Source of the DNA: Rubripirellula sp.
GTDB taxonomy: Bacteria > Planctomycetota > Planctomycetia > Pirellulales > Pirellulaceae
NCBI GenBank assembly: GCA_965216875.1
Contig: OZ244207.1
Span: forward strand, 5,472,001-5,536,000
Direction of reading: 5' to 3'
DNA: 64,000 bases
The translations under genes were made by a program, and so were the position numbers. The stretch's first letter is position 1, and every line of letters starts with the position of its first letter. Under the pieces are notes generated by a model. That model was not told the DNA's origin, did not search any database, and was given only the letters and a program-made list of their open reading frames with translations. Below, piece by piece: positions 30,005 through 40,414 of the stretch.

Positions 30005-32269
30005 CTAGCGGACCAGTCGCCAGCAGCGGTGAATCCGCCGGTTGCGAAAATCCTCGGGCACCGTCTGTTTGCTGATTTCGTGCACCTCACTGACTTCTAG
30101 CGGCGAGGGATCGAACTTAAACCGCCGGAAGTTGTTCGAAAAGTAAATCACACCACCTTTACGGACCAGCGGCAAAAGATCCCGCAGTAGCGGCACCGCG
30201 TCGTCCTGCAGATTCCAGTCGCTCTCGGTCCGCTTGCTGTTGGAGAACGTCGGCGGGTCGAGCACAACAAGGTCGTACATCGCACCGGGCGCATGCTCGC
30301 GCACAAAGTCACCGACGTCGCTGGCGATGAACTCGTGCTGTGCCCCTTCGAACCCATTACGAGTCATGTTCTTTTCGGCCCAATCGAGGTAGTTCCGTGA
30401 CATGTCAACGGTCACGGTGCGGCGTGCGCCACCGGCGGCCGCGTACACCGAAAACGATCCTGTGTAGGCAAACAGATTCAAGAACGTTTTGCCCTCTGCC
30501 TGTTCTCGGATCATCCGCCGCGTTTCGCGATGATCAAGAAACAAACCGGTGTCGACATAGTCGGCAAGGTTCACCAAGAACGTCAGACCACCTTCATTGA
30601 CTTCGATCATCCGTCCCGACTGGCCAACCTTTTCATGTTGGGTTGTGCCCCGCTGTCGCTTGCGACGTTTCATAAAGACGTGGTCTTTGGGAATGTCGAG
30701 CGTTTCGGCCGCCGTGTCGGCCATCAGATCGAGCCAGTTGGCATGTTGCGCTGGATCTCGATCGTGTGGGCGTTCGTACTCTGAAATATGCAGGTAGTCT
30801 TCGTAGCGATCGACAACAAGTGGGATCTCGGGAACGTCTCGCTCGTAAAGTCGAAAACAAGTGATCCCACGTTTGGTGGGCCAGCGGCGCAGATGCCGCG
30901 CGCGATTGGTCAACCTTGCAGCAAACAATTTCGCTTGCTCTTGTGCCTTTTCCGTTAGCTGGCCAAACGCCGCTTCGCCCGCGGCATGCACGTAAGGCTT
31001 TGCCTTGGCTGCAGCGGAAACATCTGATGATGTCGACTCGCCCGATCGTTCTGACGAACTTGAAACATCGGCTTCGTCGTTTGCACTGGGCGTTTCGTCA
31101 GACGCTGCGTCAGACGCTGAGGCGGCTCCCTTACCGGCGACCGGCTTGGGGCCGTGGAACTGAAAGTAGGTGCACTCGATGCGCCCGTTGTAAAGCTTGC
31201 GGCGTCGATCTGCCTTGCGCCCCATGATCGATTCGAATCTTGGGTACGCGGTCAGAATGTAATGCGACCAGGTTGGCAACTTGGCCAACACTCCGGGCAA
31301 CATCGCGTACAAGTCCTCGAGTTCTCGGTCGCCGATGCGTTGTCCGTAAGGTGGGTTCGTGATCAAGCAACCGAATCGACGCCGACTGCTGATTCGTTGG
31401 GCGTTGCCCACTTGAAAGTGAATGTCGTCGGCCACCCCCGCCCGCTCGGCATTCTGTCGCGCCGCCGTCAAGACTTTGCCGTCGATGTCGCTGCCGAGCA
31501 AACGTTCCTCGAGCGTCGGCAGTTCGCCATCAATCGCATCTTGGCGCACTTGTTGCCAAAGTTCGGCATTGTAGACGGGCCAAGCTTGAAACGCGAACTC
31601 GCGATCTTTTCCAGGTGCGATCTTGCGACCAATCCGAGCAGCTTCGATCGGGATCGTGCCGCTTCCACAAAACGGGTCAATCAACGGCTTGTCATGCCGC
31701 CAATAGCTCAACATCACCATCGCCGCCGCGAGCGTTTCTTTGAGAGGTGCCGCGGAAATGGCTGTGCGATAGCCGCGGCGGTGCAACGAACGTCCCGTTG
31801 TGTCGATCGTGAGCGTCGCCGTGTCTTTTAGCAGTGCGATGTCGATCTTGAACTGTGGCCCCGTTTCGAGCAACGTTTGTGTCGAGTGGTCGCGTTGCAT
31901 CGCGTCGACGATGGCTCGCTTGACACTTCGCTGGACTGCCGGAACGCTGGAAAGTTGTGACTTGATCGATCGCCCCGTGACGGGAAACTCTGCTTCGACC
32001 GGAAGCATCCCACCCCACGGCATCGCTCGCACCGTTTCAAAGAGGGCATCAAAGTCCTTGGCTTCGAAACTGGCAACTTGAATCAGGACGCGGTCCGCTG
32101 TTCGCAGCCACAAGTTTGCGCGGTACAGCGTGTCGAGGCCGCCGCAAAAATGAATGCGTCCCGGATCACCAACGTTCGATTCAATCCCAAGCGCCTCGAG
32201 TTCACGGCGCACCACGGCCTCGAGCCCAAAGGCACAGGTCGCAATCAGGTTGTAGGTTTGGCCACTCAC
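30005..32269 (-). CDS. rlmL: Bifunctional 23S rRNA methyltransferase RlmKL
   Basis: THUMP region, LHRRGYR, APLKETLAA, DPFCGSGT, TNPPYG; second domain DTGLFLDHR, NLFAYTG, LDPPTFSNSK. Confidence 0.95.
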   Translation of the reverse strand: MSGQTYNLIATCAFGLEAVVRRELEALGIESNVGDPGRIHFCGGLDTLYRANLWLRTADRVLIQVASFEAKDFDALFETVRAMPWGGMLPVEAEFPVTGRSIKSQLSSVPAVQRSVKRAIVDAMQRDHSTQTLLETGPQFKIDIALLKDTATLTIDTTGRSLHRRGYRTAISAAPLKETLAAAMVMLSYWRHDKPLIDPFCGSGTIPIEAARIGRKIAPGKDREFAFQAWPVYNAELWQQVRQDAIDGELPTLEERLLGSDIDGKVLTAARQNAERAGVADDIHFQVGNAQRISSRRRFGCLITNPPYGQRIGDRELEDLYAMLPGVLAKLPTWSHYILTAYPRFESIMGRKADRRRKLYNGRIECTYFQFHGPKPVAGKGAASASDAASDETPSANDEADVSSSSERSGESTSSDVSAAAKAKPYVHAAGEAAFGQLTEKAQEQAKLFAARLTNRARHLRRWPTKRGITCFRLYERDVPEIPLVVDRYEDYLHISEYERPHDRDPAQHANWLDLMADTAAETLDIPKDHVFMKRRKRQRGTTQHEKVGQSGRMIEVNEGGLTFLVNLADYVDTGLFLDHRETRRMIREQAEGKTFLNLFAYTGSFSVYAAAGGARRTVTVDMSRNYLDWAEKNMTRNGFEGAQHEFIASDVGDFVREHAPGAMYDLVVLDPPTFSNSKRTESDWNLQDDAVPLLRDLLPLVRKGGVIYFSNNFRRFKFDPSPLEVSEVHEISKQTVPEDFRNRRIHRCWRLVR

Positions 32270-33291
32270 GCTTGTTCTTCTTTCTTGCCGATCGCAGTCT
32301 CTGGTTTTGCGATCGCGTCACTATCACTTGTATTGCTTTTCCATTTCTGTGCGACAAGCGTGTCGATGACAAGTTGGCCCAGATGATAAACCAACATCGG
32401 TACAACACTCACGCCGCAATCAATCGCGATCGGCAATCCCACCATTAGCGTCTTTTGACTGCCTGCGATGCCGATCGCAATCTGTTGCCCCCGTCCCACT
32501 TTCAACCACTTCGCGATCACAATCGCAAGCACCAACACGATCACGTGCAACAAGATTGCTGCAAAGACCATGTAGATCCCCGCTAGCCAATTGAAGCTTT
32601 CACTGGCCGCTTCAAGTTGATCCGGCGGGGCTTCACTAACACTCACCGCCGTCGCGCCCGAGACCGAGCCAAAGACGACCATCGACAAGATTCCGAGCTG
32701 GCCAAACACCGAAAGCCGTGGCTTGTTGCGATCCGCCCATTCCGCCATCCGGAATTTTCGCATCGCCTGGGCAATCACCAGTGGCAACACGACCATGATC
32801 CCAAGCTTTTTCATTTGGGCAACTCCCGAGACATCGGTCGAAGCCGAAAGCACCAACGACACACCGACCGGAACGACCACCAAACATGCGAGGTTGGTCA
32901 CCACCGTCGTCATCATCGCGACCGAATCGTCACCACCCGCTTTGCGAGTCCAAACCGAAGCCGAAGCGAGCGTGCAGGGCACAACCGCCGCGATGAACAA
33001 TCCACCGAACAGCCGATCGGGTAACCAATAGGCCAGCGGCAAACAAACCAAAGGCACCATGAAAGTGTTGATAGCAATCGCCAAAATCGACGGCAGCGGT
33101 CGCGAAAGGCTCGATCGGATCGTGTCGGCATTGAGCGTGACGCCCATCGCCCACATCACCGAAAAAACGATCGCCGTCCTCAAGGCCCCCATCTCTTTGA
33201 GCACTTGCAATTGCTCCGCAGCCAAATAGCCGCCGGTGAAGCAGATCGCCAATGCAATCAAAAACCAATGTTTGCCGAGGAATGCCCTCAT
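32266..33291 (-). CDS. Bile acid:sodium symporter-like membrane protein
   Basis: ~9-10 TMs; VPCTLASA..WT..AGG, SQKTL..G; 4-bp overlap with rlmKL. Confidence 0.85.
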   Translation of the reverse strand: MRAFLGKHWFLIALAICFTGGYLAAEQLQVLKEMGALRTAIVFSVMWAMGVTLNADTIRSSLSRPLPSILAIAINTFMVPLVCLPLAYWLPDRLFGGLFIAAVVPCTLASASVWTRKAGGDDSVAMMTTVVTNLACLVVVPVGVSLVLSASTDVSGVAQMKKLGIMVVLPLVIAQAMRKFRMAEWADRNKPRLSVFGQLGILSMVVFGSVSGATAVSVSEAPPDQLEAASESFNWLAGIYMVFAAILLHVIVLVLAIVIAKWLKVGRGQQIAIGIAGSQKTLMVGLPIAIDCGVSVVPMLVYHLGQLVIDTLVAQKWKSNTSDSDAIAKPETAIGKKEEQA

Positions 33292-33466
33292 TGGGGACGT
33301 TTTTCCGGGAATTGAGAGGGACAGGCCGAAGTTTCAGCTTTGACGGGGCCGCCGCCGGGATCCTAAGATCGCAGACGACCTCCAACTTGATCGTCGGATC
33401 TGCAAATGGGAGTGGGTGACGGCTTGCTAGCATAACCAATCGCGATGGTTCTGCCGCCCGCCCGAT

Positions 33467-34855
33467 TTGCCGGCTTCAACACCGCTGGAAAGGATTCCTG
33501 CTGTGCACGAACGGACTCAGCGTGCGATTGCGCGAATGACGTTCGTTTTCTGCTGCGCGCTCCCGACACTCGCGGTCGTCGTGTTCATCCTGCTGACTTG
33601 GACGCCGTGGTGGCACGCTGGCGAACTCGCATCGATCGAGCAGCACCTTTCTGATCGCGTCGACATGCGAATCAAGGTCGACGACTTCAAGCGGTCATCG
33701 CCCACGACTCTTGAGTTGTCCGATGTGAAGGTCTTTGATCCCGAATCGAAACAACTTGTCGCCAAAGTGCATCGAGTGGAATGGTCGGGACGAGGTGACG
33801 AGACATCGATCGTGCTGCAACAACCCGAACTTCAGTCGGCCGAGCTTGCCGGCGTGTGGAAATTGATACACGACCGATTCTTGTGTCGTCCGGACCAAAC
33901 CGGAGACTCGGTTCGCGTGGCGGTCAAGGACTTGACGATTCACAGCCTCATTCGCCCCTTACCCCTAACCTACGTCGATGCTTGGGTGCGTCCCAGCATC
34001 GATGGCAAAGGAATCGAAGCGACCATTCAGTGCTATGCCGCCGATCGAAACCTGACAGGCGACTCACAACCGATCGACATCAGCATCGTTCGTCAACGCG
34101 AACCCGAACCGACAACCACCTGGAAACTCAACACAACCACTCCCCTGCCCTGCTCTGCCCTTGCCGAGTTCTTTCCTGACATCGAAATGCTTGGCGATGA
34201 CGCCGAGTTTGTTGGATCGATGCAATGGACGATCACACCATCGGGATGGAGCATCGACTTGGCGGGCGGTGAGTTCCGGCATTTGGCGTTGAGCCGTTGG
34301 TTCCAACCACTCTCACACAAGCTGACCGCGTCCGACGCTGCGGTTCACTTTGATCGCTGCCACATCGCGATCGAAGAAGGTGAGACAACGATTTGCGATG
34401 TCGCCGGAACCTTGCGGGCAAGGAACGGACAAGTTGGACCATCGCTGCTAAGAGCGGCCCATGAGCATTTCGGTTTCGCGGTCGTCGACACCGATCGAGG
34501 AACCGCTTATGACCGCTTGGCATTGGGCTTCAACTTCACCGGTCCCCTCATGCGCCTTGATGGAATCTGTCGCACCGAACGCGGCTACGAAGGTTTGCAT
34601 GCTGGCGTGGTGATGGTTGCCGATGGCCACCCACTTGCCGAGTCGGGCAATCGCTGGCTGCAAGCCGTGCAGCTTCAAACGGCGCTGGCGCCGCGACACA
34701 GTGTGATGGTGCCGGTTTCGCGACAAACCACATCGCTGATGCAACTACTGATACCTCCGAGTCGCCAAGCCCCCGAGGAGGCCCAGCCGGTTCCCTACAT
34801 CAGTTCCACGCGCCGCCTCGACGGCGAACCGACCATCACTCAACCCAAGCAGTAA
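33467..34855 (+). CDS. Hypothetical membrane-anchored protein
   Basis: Long ORF with a single N-terminal TM and a beta-rich-looking remainder; no recognised motif. Confidence 0.7.
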   Translation: MPASTPLERIPAVHERTQRAIARMTFVFCCALPTLAVVVFILLTWTPWWHAGELASIEQHLSDRVDMRIKVDDFKRSSPTTLELSDVKVFDPESKQLVAKVHRVEWSGRGDETSIVLQQPELQSAELAGVWKLIHDRFLCRPDQTGDSVRVAVKDLTIHSLIRPLPLTYVDAWVRPSIDGKGIEATIQCYAADRNLTGDSQPIDISIVRQREPEPTTTWKLNTTTPLPCSALAEFFPDIEMLGDDAEFVGSMQWTITPSGWSIDLAGGEFRHLALSRWFQPLSHKLTASDAAVHFDRCHIAIEEGETTICDVAGTLRARNGQVGPSLLRAAHEHFGFAVVDTDRGTAYDRLALGFNFTGPLMRLDGICRTERGYEGLHAGVVMVADGHPLAESGNRWLQAVQLQTALAPRHSVMVPVSRQTTSLMQLLIPPSRQAPEEAQPVPYISSTRRLDGEPTITQPKQ

Positions 34856-34884
34856 GTCATGCGCTTTGTTGCGATTTTTTGATA

Positions 34885-35157
34885 GTCGCCTTTCGCTCCG
34901 CGAAAGTAGCGTCCGCAAACGCAACTTTTGCGGAGCAAAAGGCAACGATCACCGGTGTCTAAGTGAGCCGCTGAGGGAGCGAGTATGAGTACCGCTGTGC
35001 TTCCTTCTTGTAGGTCATGCTCCGCATGACAATCCCTGAGTGTCATGCACAGCATGACCTACCCACCCTCGTTACCACGCTCTGCGTGGTAACGCACTCT
35101 TGGACGCTCCGCCTCCCGTCCACCGCCATCACCCCACGCTCTGGCGAGCGTAGCTAC
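34885..35157. repeat. Mosaic cluster of four REP families
   Basis: GTCGCCTTTCGCTCCGCGAAAG inverted pair (34885-34946); GTAGGTCATGC...GCATGACCTAC (35010-35062); CGTTACCACGCTCTGCGTGGTAACG (35070); CCACGCTCTGGCGAGCGTAGCTAC (35134). Confidence 0.85.
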
Positions 35158-35172
35158 GAGAAAAGCGAGGTT

Positions 35173-38100
35173 CTAAACCGCACCCTTCTTGGGGCCAAAC
35201 CAGAAGAAGATGCCGCCGATGATAAACAGCACTTGGGTGAGCACGAACAGGCTGAGCCACATCAGCGCGCCTTCGGTGAAGCCGTAGCTATGCAAACCGA
35301 TACCGAGTTCGTTCGTACCGAACCAGCTCCAGGCGGTGACGATGTTTCCGAAGATCGCGAGCACAGCAAAGCCTCGTGCTTTGACCATTCCATCCCATCG
35401 AGCATGCAACATCAACGCGTTCCAAATCACGATCAACAGCGCGCCGTTTTCTTTCGGGTCCCAACCCCAGAAGCGTCCCCAACTGTCATCGGCCCAGAGA
35501 CCGCCAAGAACCGTTCCCACGAAGCTGAACAAGATTCCAAAACAACACGCTCCGTAGCAAACACGATAGATATCGCGCATCGCCCCTTCGCTTTTTCTCG
35601 CCCAGCCTGCAATCAGGTAGACAATCCCAAGCGTCCCCGCGACCAAGGTGGCAACGTATCCGAGCGTGACACTGATCACGTGAGTGGCGAGCCAAAACTG
35701 AGTGTCGAGCACCGCCTGCAAAACAGGCATCGTGTCACCCGTGTTGAGTCCATAGGCGACCCACAACGTGATCGCGCCGGCAGACGCAGCCAAAACGTTC
35801 CCCATGCCGCTGCGGAAGATTCGATCGACCACCAACCCAAACAAGACAGCTGCCCATCCGATAAAGACTGCTGATGAGTAAAGGTTGATCACCGGCGCTC
35901 GCTGCGTGATCAGGATTCGGCAATAGATCGTTGCCGTATGGATCGCGAACGCAATCAACAACGTCCCCCAAACCGCCGAGCGCAGTCGTGGCAAGTCGAC
36001 GGCAAAGTAAACCAGGCCCAACACCAAGGCGATCAAGTAGATCACTTCAGCGACCATCGTTGGCGAGTTCGATTCCATCCAACGCTCAAGGCGGACCAGC
36101 CCAGCTTTGTACTGCGGAACGGGGTAGGCATTCACTTGCGAGAGGTGTTCTTCGACCGCCTGATTGAACGCGACGGAATCTTCTTTTGCATAGGCTTCAA
36201 TCATCTTCGAAAACGGATCGACACCCGCTCGAGCCTCGACCGCATCGGGTCCATCGGCAAGTGCGACCTTTGATAGATGTTTGAAATAGGCGGGAGCAAA
36301 CGCGGACCACTTGGGCATGTCGGTGGTTTCCGCAGCCAGTTCGGCATCCTCTTTCGTTGGCGGAACGATCGATGGTGCCGGCATCTTCTCGAGCGAATCC
36401 ATACGTTGTTCAAGTTCGCGGATCGCCAGCACCTGCAACATCTCCGGATCGGCGCCGGGGAAATCTTCAGGCCGAACTTCGGGAACCGTCGGCACTTGGA
36501 AGCAGGCGGCGGTGCGCGTGTAGGCTCGCGTTCTTCCATCAAGCTCGAGAAGTTTCTTTTCTTTAAACGTCAATGTCTTTGGAGCGTTGCGAGCCTTGTC
36601 CGAAGCGACCTCAACTTGCCGCGCGACGTTGCCCCAATTCGGAAGGATGTCGGCGAGCGAGTAGAGTTTGTTTTCACGTCGACCAAGCTTCAGCTCCGAA
36701 CGAATTTGCTCGGCATCGATTCGGAACATGGGCAAGTCGCGAACCTCGGTGTTGCCCGATGCAACTTCCATCAACCACTGCAGCGCCGAGAGTTTTCGGT
36801 TTTGCGATCGCTCCGCAAACGCCTCGATCGCTTTGACTTCCTCTTTGCGACCACGTTGTTGCGCATCCTCGGGGTCAATTGGAATCGATTCTTTGTTCGT
36901 CATCGACTTGACGGTCTGTCGAGCGTAGGCGTCAAGCGGCATCATGCGGCCGCCAAACTGAACGGGAATTTGGCCCGCGGTGTAGAAGTCGAACTTATCG
37001 CGCTCGGGCGACTTGAACGCCATCTGCCATGGCACCAACATGTAGCCACCCAGCAAGGCCATTAAGGCGATCATTCCCCAAACAGGTTTTTGCGACGGCA
37101 CGCCAGTCAACGCCTGAATCCCGGCTTCCTTTTTTGCTTCGCGTTCGCGACGCTCAAGGAATCGAGTCAGCGTCCCCAAGAAGTGAGCCAACATTCCCAG
37201 CGCGGCGATGCTGCAGGCAACGTACGGGATCAACCAACCCGAGTTGCGCACCACTTGAATCCCAGTCAGCTCTTTGCCGCCTGGAAGTGGTGTGTAGTTT
37301 TCCTGATAAAACGTTTCGCCACGGTAACGCAACGGGTTGTTCATCCAAACGCGTTCGCGACGATCCTCGCCTGTCTCGGTATCGACAATGCGAATGTAGG
37401 ACGAAAAGTCTTTGACCATCGTGCTGCCGGTGTACTCAACCCGGCGTACATCTTCGAGCTGCACCCAATAAGGTTTCACCACCCGGCCAAAGCGCAAGCC
37501 AACGTCGTAGTCTTGGTCGCCAACCGCTACCGTGTCGTAGATATCTTCGGCACTCGTTTCCTGCAGCAACAGTTTGCGGTCCGAGAACATCTGACTGACC
37601 AAGTAAGTACCAATCGGCTCGTCGCTCTCTTTGTCAATCAACTCGACGTAAGCCGATGCCAAGTTCATCGCACTTTCGGCACCACCCGACTTTGCCCGCT
37701 CTTTCGCACCAGTGCGAAGTCCCAGTCCCACGGTGGACGGATTGTCCGGATCGTCCTCGAAAGTCGAGTTGGTGAAATAATTGATCACCTTGACCTTCAC
37801 CGGCAACGCGGGATCATCGATCACCTCGCCACCTTTGGCTGCGACCAGCAATGACGCCGGAACCGAAGCAACCTCCTCTTGATCGGGCCCCTTGGCAACA
37901 AACGCCAACTCGACGGCATCGAAGTTGACGAACGTGTTGGTCGATTCGCCTTCGACCAGGTTCAAGCGTTGCTCGAGTTGTCGATCACCAAAAATAAACT
38001 GACCAAACATCAGTAGGGCAACGCCAATGTGCAACAACACATTGCCGCCTTGTTTGCCGAACAGAAGCTGACAGCCAACCAGGAGAACCACGCCGGCGCC

Positions 38101-38793
38101 CAAGCCTTTGGTCAACTGCCAAACGATGCGTAATCCGGGATCGCCGATACGCCCGTAGACCATCGTGTAACCCAAGAACACGAGGCACGCTACGGCAGTG
38201 ATCCCGAGCAAGATCCGTGTCGATCTACGAGACGCTTGAATTACGCCAAAGATCGAACCAGCAACGACCATCAACAACGCGACGACGATTGCGGTCCAAA
38301 ACTGGCTGTACTCAATGCCGGCGGGCAAATTGCCTTGCAAACCATCGGCACTGTGCCCCGCAAAGATGATCACGCCAGCAACCACCATTCCGAGCATCAT
38401 GAAGAGACTGCCGAAAAGGATTGCTGTACCCGAAGCGTGAATCTTGAATCGCGTCAACTTCGCAGCGACCAGGTTGACCATCAACAAAAAGCCGATGCAC
38501 GCTCCGCCTAGAAAGGGGATCCGCCCAGGGTACGGCTCTTTGTGCGGAAAGAAGGCCTGTGGGAACAGGTCGTCGATATAGAGGAACGTGAACCAAGACA
38601 GGAAGTATCGCTGCTTGACCTCCAACATGTTCATCTCGTCTTGGGCAAGGGTGCCGACCAAGACAGTCACCAATGACAATGCAAAAAGCGTCACGGTGAT
38701 CTTGAGAGAACCAAGTGCTACAAGCAGCCCCCAAATCGCACTCAGCAGATTAAAGGGTTGGGGTTCTACGCGGGTATCCGTAATAGTCGCCAT
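35173..38793 (-). CDS. ccsA: Fused System II cytochrome c synthase (ResB/CcsB + CcsA)
   Basis: N-terminal ResB-like GTLAQ, LLHIG, MNNPLRY.G..FYQ; C-terminal WWD motif GGLWADDSWGRFWGWDPKE, plus WLATHV and GLHSYG. Confidence 0.93.
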   Translation of the reverse strand: MATITDTRVEPQPFNLLSAIWGLLVALGSLKITVTLFALSLVTVLVGTLAQDEMNMLEVKQRYFLSWFTFLYIDDLFPQAFFPHKEPYPGRIPFLGGACIGFLLMVNLVAAKLTRFKIHASGTAILFGSLFMMLGMVVAGVIIFAGHSADGLQGNLPAGIEYSQFWTAIVVALLMVVAGSIFGVIQASRRSTRILLGITAVACLVFLGYTMVYGRIGDPGLRIVWQLTKGLGAGVVLLVGCQLLFGKQGGNVLLHIGVALLMFGQFIFGDRQLEQRLNLVEGESTNTFVNFDAVELAFVAKGPDQEEVASVPASLLVAAKGGEVIDDPALPVKVKVINYFTNSTFEDDPDNPSTVGLGLRTGAKERAKSGGAESAMNLASAYVELIDKESDEPIGTYLVSQMFSDRKLLLQETSAEDIYDTVAVGDQDYDVGLRFGRVVKPYWVQLEDVRRVEYTGSTMVKDFSSYIRIVDTETGEDRRERVWMNNPLRYRGETFYQENYTPLPGGKELTGIQVVRNSGWLIPYVACSIAALGMLAHFLGTLTRFLERREREAKKEAGIQALTGVPSQKPVWGMIALMALLGGYMLVPWQMAFKSPERDKFDFYTAGQIPVQFGGRMMPLDAYARQTVKSMTNKESIPIDPEDAQQRGRKEEVKAIEAFAERSQNRKLSALQWLMEVASGNTEVRDLPMFRIDAEQIRSELKLGRRENKLYSLADILPNWGNVARQVEVASDKARNAPKTLTFKEKKLLELDGRTRAYTRTAACFQVPTVPEVRPEDFPGADPEMLQVLAIRELEQRMDSLEKMPAPSIVPPTKEDAELAAETTDMPKWSAFAPAYFKHLSKVALADGPDAVEARAGVDPFSKMIEAYAKEDSVAFNQAVEEHLSQVNAYPVPQYKAGLVRLERWMESNSPTMVAEVIYLIALVLGLVYFAVDLPRLRSAVWGTLLIAFAIHTATIYCRILITQRAPVINLYSSAVFIGWAAVLFGLVVDRIFRSGMGNVLAASAGAITLWVAYGLNTGDTMPVLQAVLDTQFWLATHVISVTLGYVATLVAGTLGIVYLIAGWARKSEGAMRDIYRVCYGACCFGILFSFVGTVLGGLWADDSWGRFWGWDPKENGALLIVIWNALMLHARWDGMVKARGFAVLAIFGNIVTAWSWFGTNELGIGLHSYGFTEGALMWLSLFVLTQVLFIIGGIFFWFGPKKGAV

Positions 38794-38858
38794 GACGGTT
38801 ACTTTGGATGGTGGGAGGTCTGTTAACAGAAACAGGTCGTGCGTCGCGGTGCCCGACG

Positions 38859-39959
38859 CTAAATCTTCAACTTCAGCGATTCGAGGAACGAGGTGATCGC
38901 TCCGTCTTGATCGGTGACGGTTTGGACGGGCCCCTGCATTTTGACAAACAAGCTGATTCCGTCATTCATCGGAACAATCGTGACATCGATCGCTTGGCCC
39001 GTGTTATCGTCGCTGCCTAGCAACAGGAACCGTTGAGACTCGCGGCCATCAACATCGACCTGTTTCGCGTCGGCCAAGGCTTTGTCAACGACATCATCGG
39101 GAACTTCGCCGCCACGCACTTGGCCCAGCCATCGAGCCACGTTGCCACGCAAGTCGCCACCGGCTGGAATCACCGTCAACTCGGCGGCCGATTCTTCAGG
39201 CCCAACATTGAACGCTGCCATACGCATGCTGCTCATGCGCCCGTCGCGCCAACCATCGGGCCGGTCGAACTTCAGTGGCGGTTCTCGCTGCTCGCTTGAT
39301 GGCGGAGCCTGAGGTGGTTGACGCTGTGGTCCGCTGGGCATCCCTCTCGACATCCCGCCTGCAAACGGTGGTGTCATCGAACCTGATGCCTTGCTCGGAT
39401 CACCGGTGATGTCGACCCAAATGGATTGCCCGTCGCCAGCAGCGATATCGATCGCCGAAGCGCCCGCCCATTTCTCATTCGACTCATCCAAGCCGACTTG
39501 AGTGCGCCAACGGTTGACGTTCATTTGTACCATCTCGTCCCAGTCATCTAATCGAGACAATGTCGAAATGCTGACGTCGAGTTGTTTTGTTTTGGTTTCC
39601 ACATCAATCGATGCGACGCGCATCGGTTTGCTCGCACCGAGACGCCAACCTTCGGGCAAGTCTTTGGTGTTCGGTTTGCCGTCGCTCACTTCGAACGCTT
39701 CGACAAACTTGCGGTACTCAGATTCGATTTCCGAAACGGCCGCCTCGGGCCCCTTCACTTTGACAAACCAAACGGTCTCGCCAAGCGGAATCATCGCGGC
39801 CAACGTACGTTCCATCGGCGGCTTGAGTTGCTCGGGCATTTGCGTCGGAACGGTATAGACGCGGATCGCCTCCGGTTCGCTGCAACCTGGAACCAGCCAC
39901 ATCAAAGCTGCAAAGATCATCGCAGCTGTGAAACGTCTCTCTAGAAAAACGGAATTCAT
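38859..39959 (-). CDS. Hypothetical lipoprotein with internally duplicated domain
   Basis: Lipobox-like LVPGC; two copies of PxGWR...MR.A...NVxRWxxQV; start set at ATG 39959 after GAGG. Confidence 0.75.
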   Translation of the reverse strand: MNSVFLERRFTAAMIFAALMWLVPGCSEPEAIRVYTVPTQMPEQLKPPMERTLAAMIPLGETVWFVKVKGPEAAVSEIESEYRKFVEAFEVSDGKPNTKDLPEGWRLGASKPMRVASIDVETKTKQLDVSISTLSRLDDWDEMVQMNVNRWRTQVGLDESNEKWAGASAIDIAAGDGQSIWVDITGDPSKASGSMTPPFAGGMSRGMPSGPQRQPPQAPPSSEQREPPLKFDRPDGWRDGRMSSMRMAAFNVGPEESAAELTVIPAGGDLRGNVARWLGQVRGGEVPDDVVDKALADAKQVDVDGRESQRFLLLGSDDNTGQAIDVTIVPMNDGISLFVKMQGPVQTVTDQDGAITSFLESLKLKI

Positions 39960-40414
39960 CCTCGCCTTTTCAAACGTAAAGGAATGCGCGGGAGTTTTGC
40001 CTGGACTCATTACGGAAACTCCCAGACCGAAGCGTTCCCAGGTGGTGGGGCTCTCTGTTTGAGCATCGCCAAACAGGAAGATTGGGATCACGCAACCGTT
40101 GGTGGCGGGCCGCACACGGCGCCCTTTCAATGCTGCATCTCCATGGCAGCGGAACGAGAACGACAGACCGCTTGCGACCTTGGTCACTCGGTTCCGACTC
40201 GACCCGCCAATTCCACAAATCGGCCCACACAAATCCTGTGGGGTAGCCGTTCATGTAGCAGCTACCAGTTCGTCTATCGCTACTATAAACGCCGAGTGCG
40301 GGTTTGACGTACCCGGGATCTTTGGCGTGACAGGATGTCACACACAGGAAAGAACCTATTTTGCCCGTTTTACTGGGAAAATAGGTTCGCTAGCACTCAA
40401 TTCAGCGGGGCGGA

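Noticed and set aside
30960..31150. Ser/Ala-rich insert within rlmKL
   Set aside because: Sits at the junction of the two methyltransferase halves; an ordinary variable linker with no intein motifs
39960..40232. N-terminal 91-aa extension of ORF 38859-40232
   Set aside because: The lipoprotein signal and a GAGG site point to ATG 39959; the extension looks non-coding
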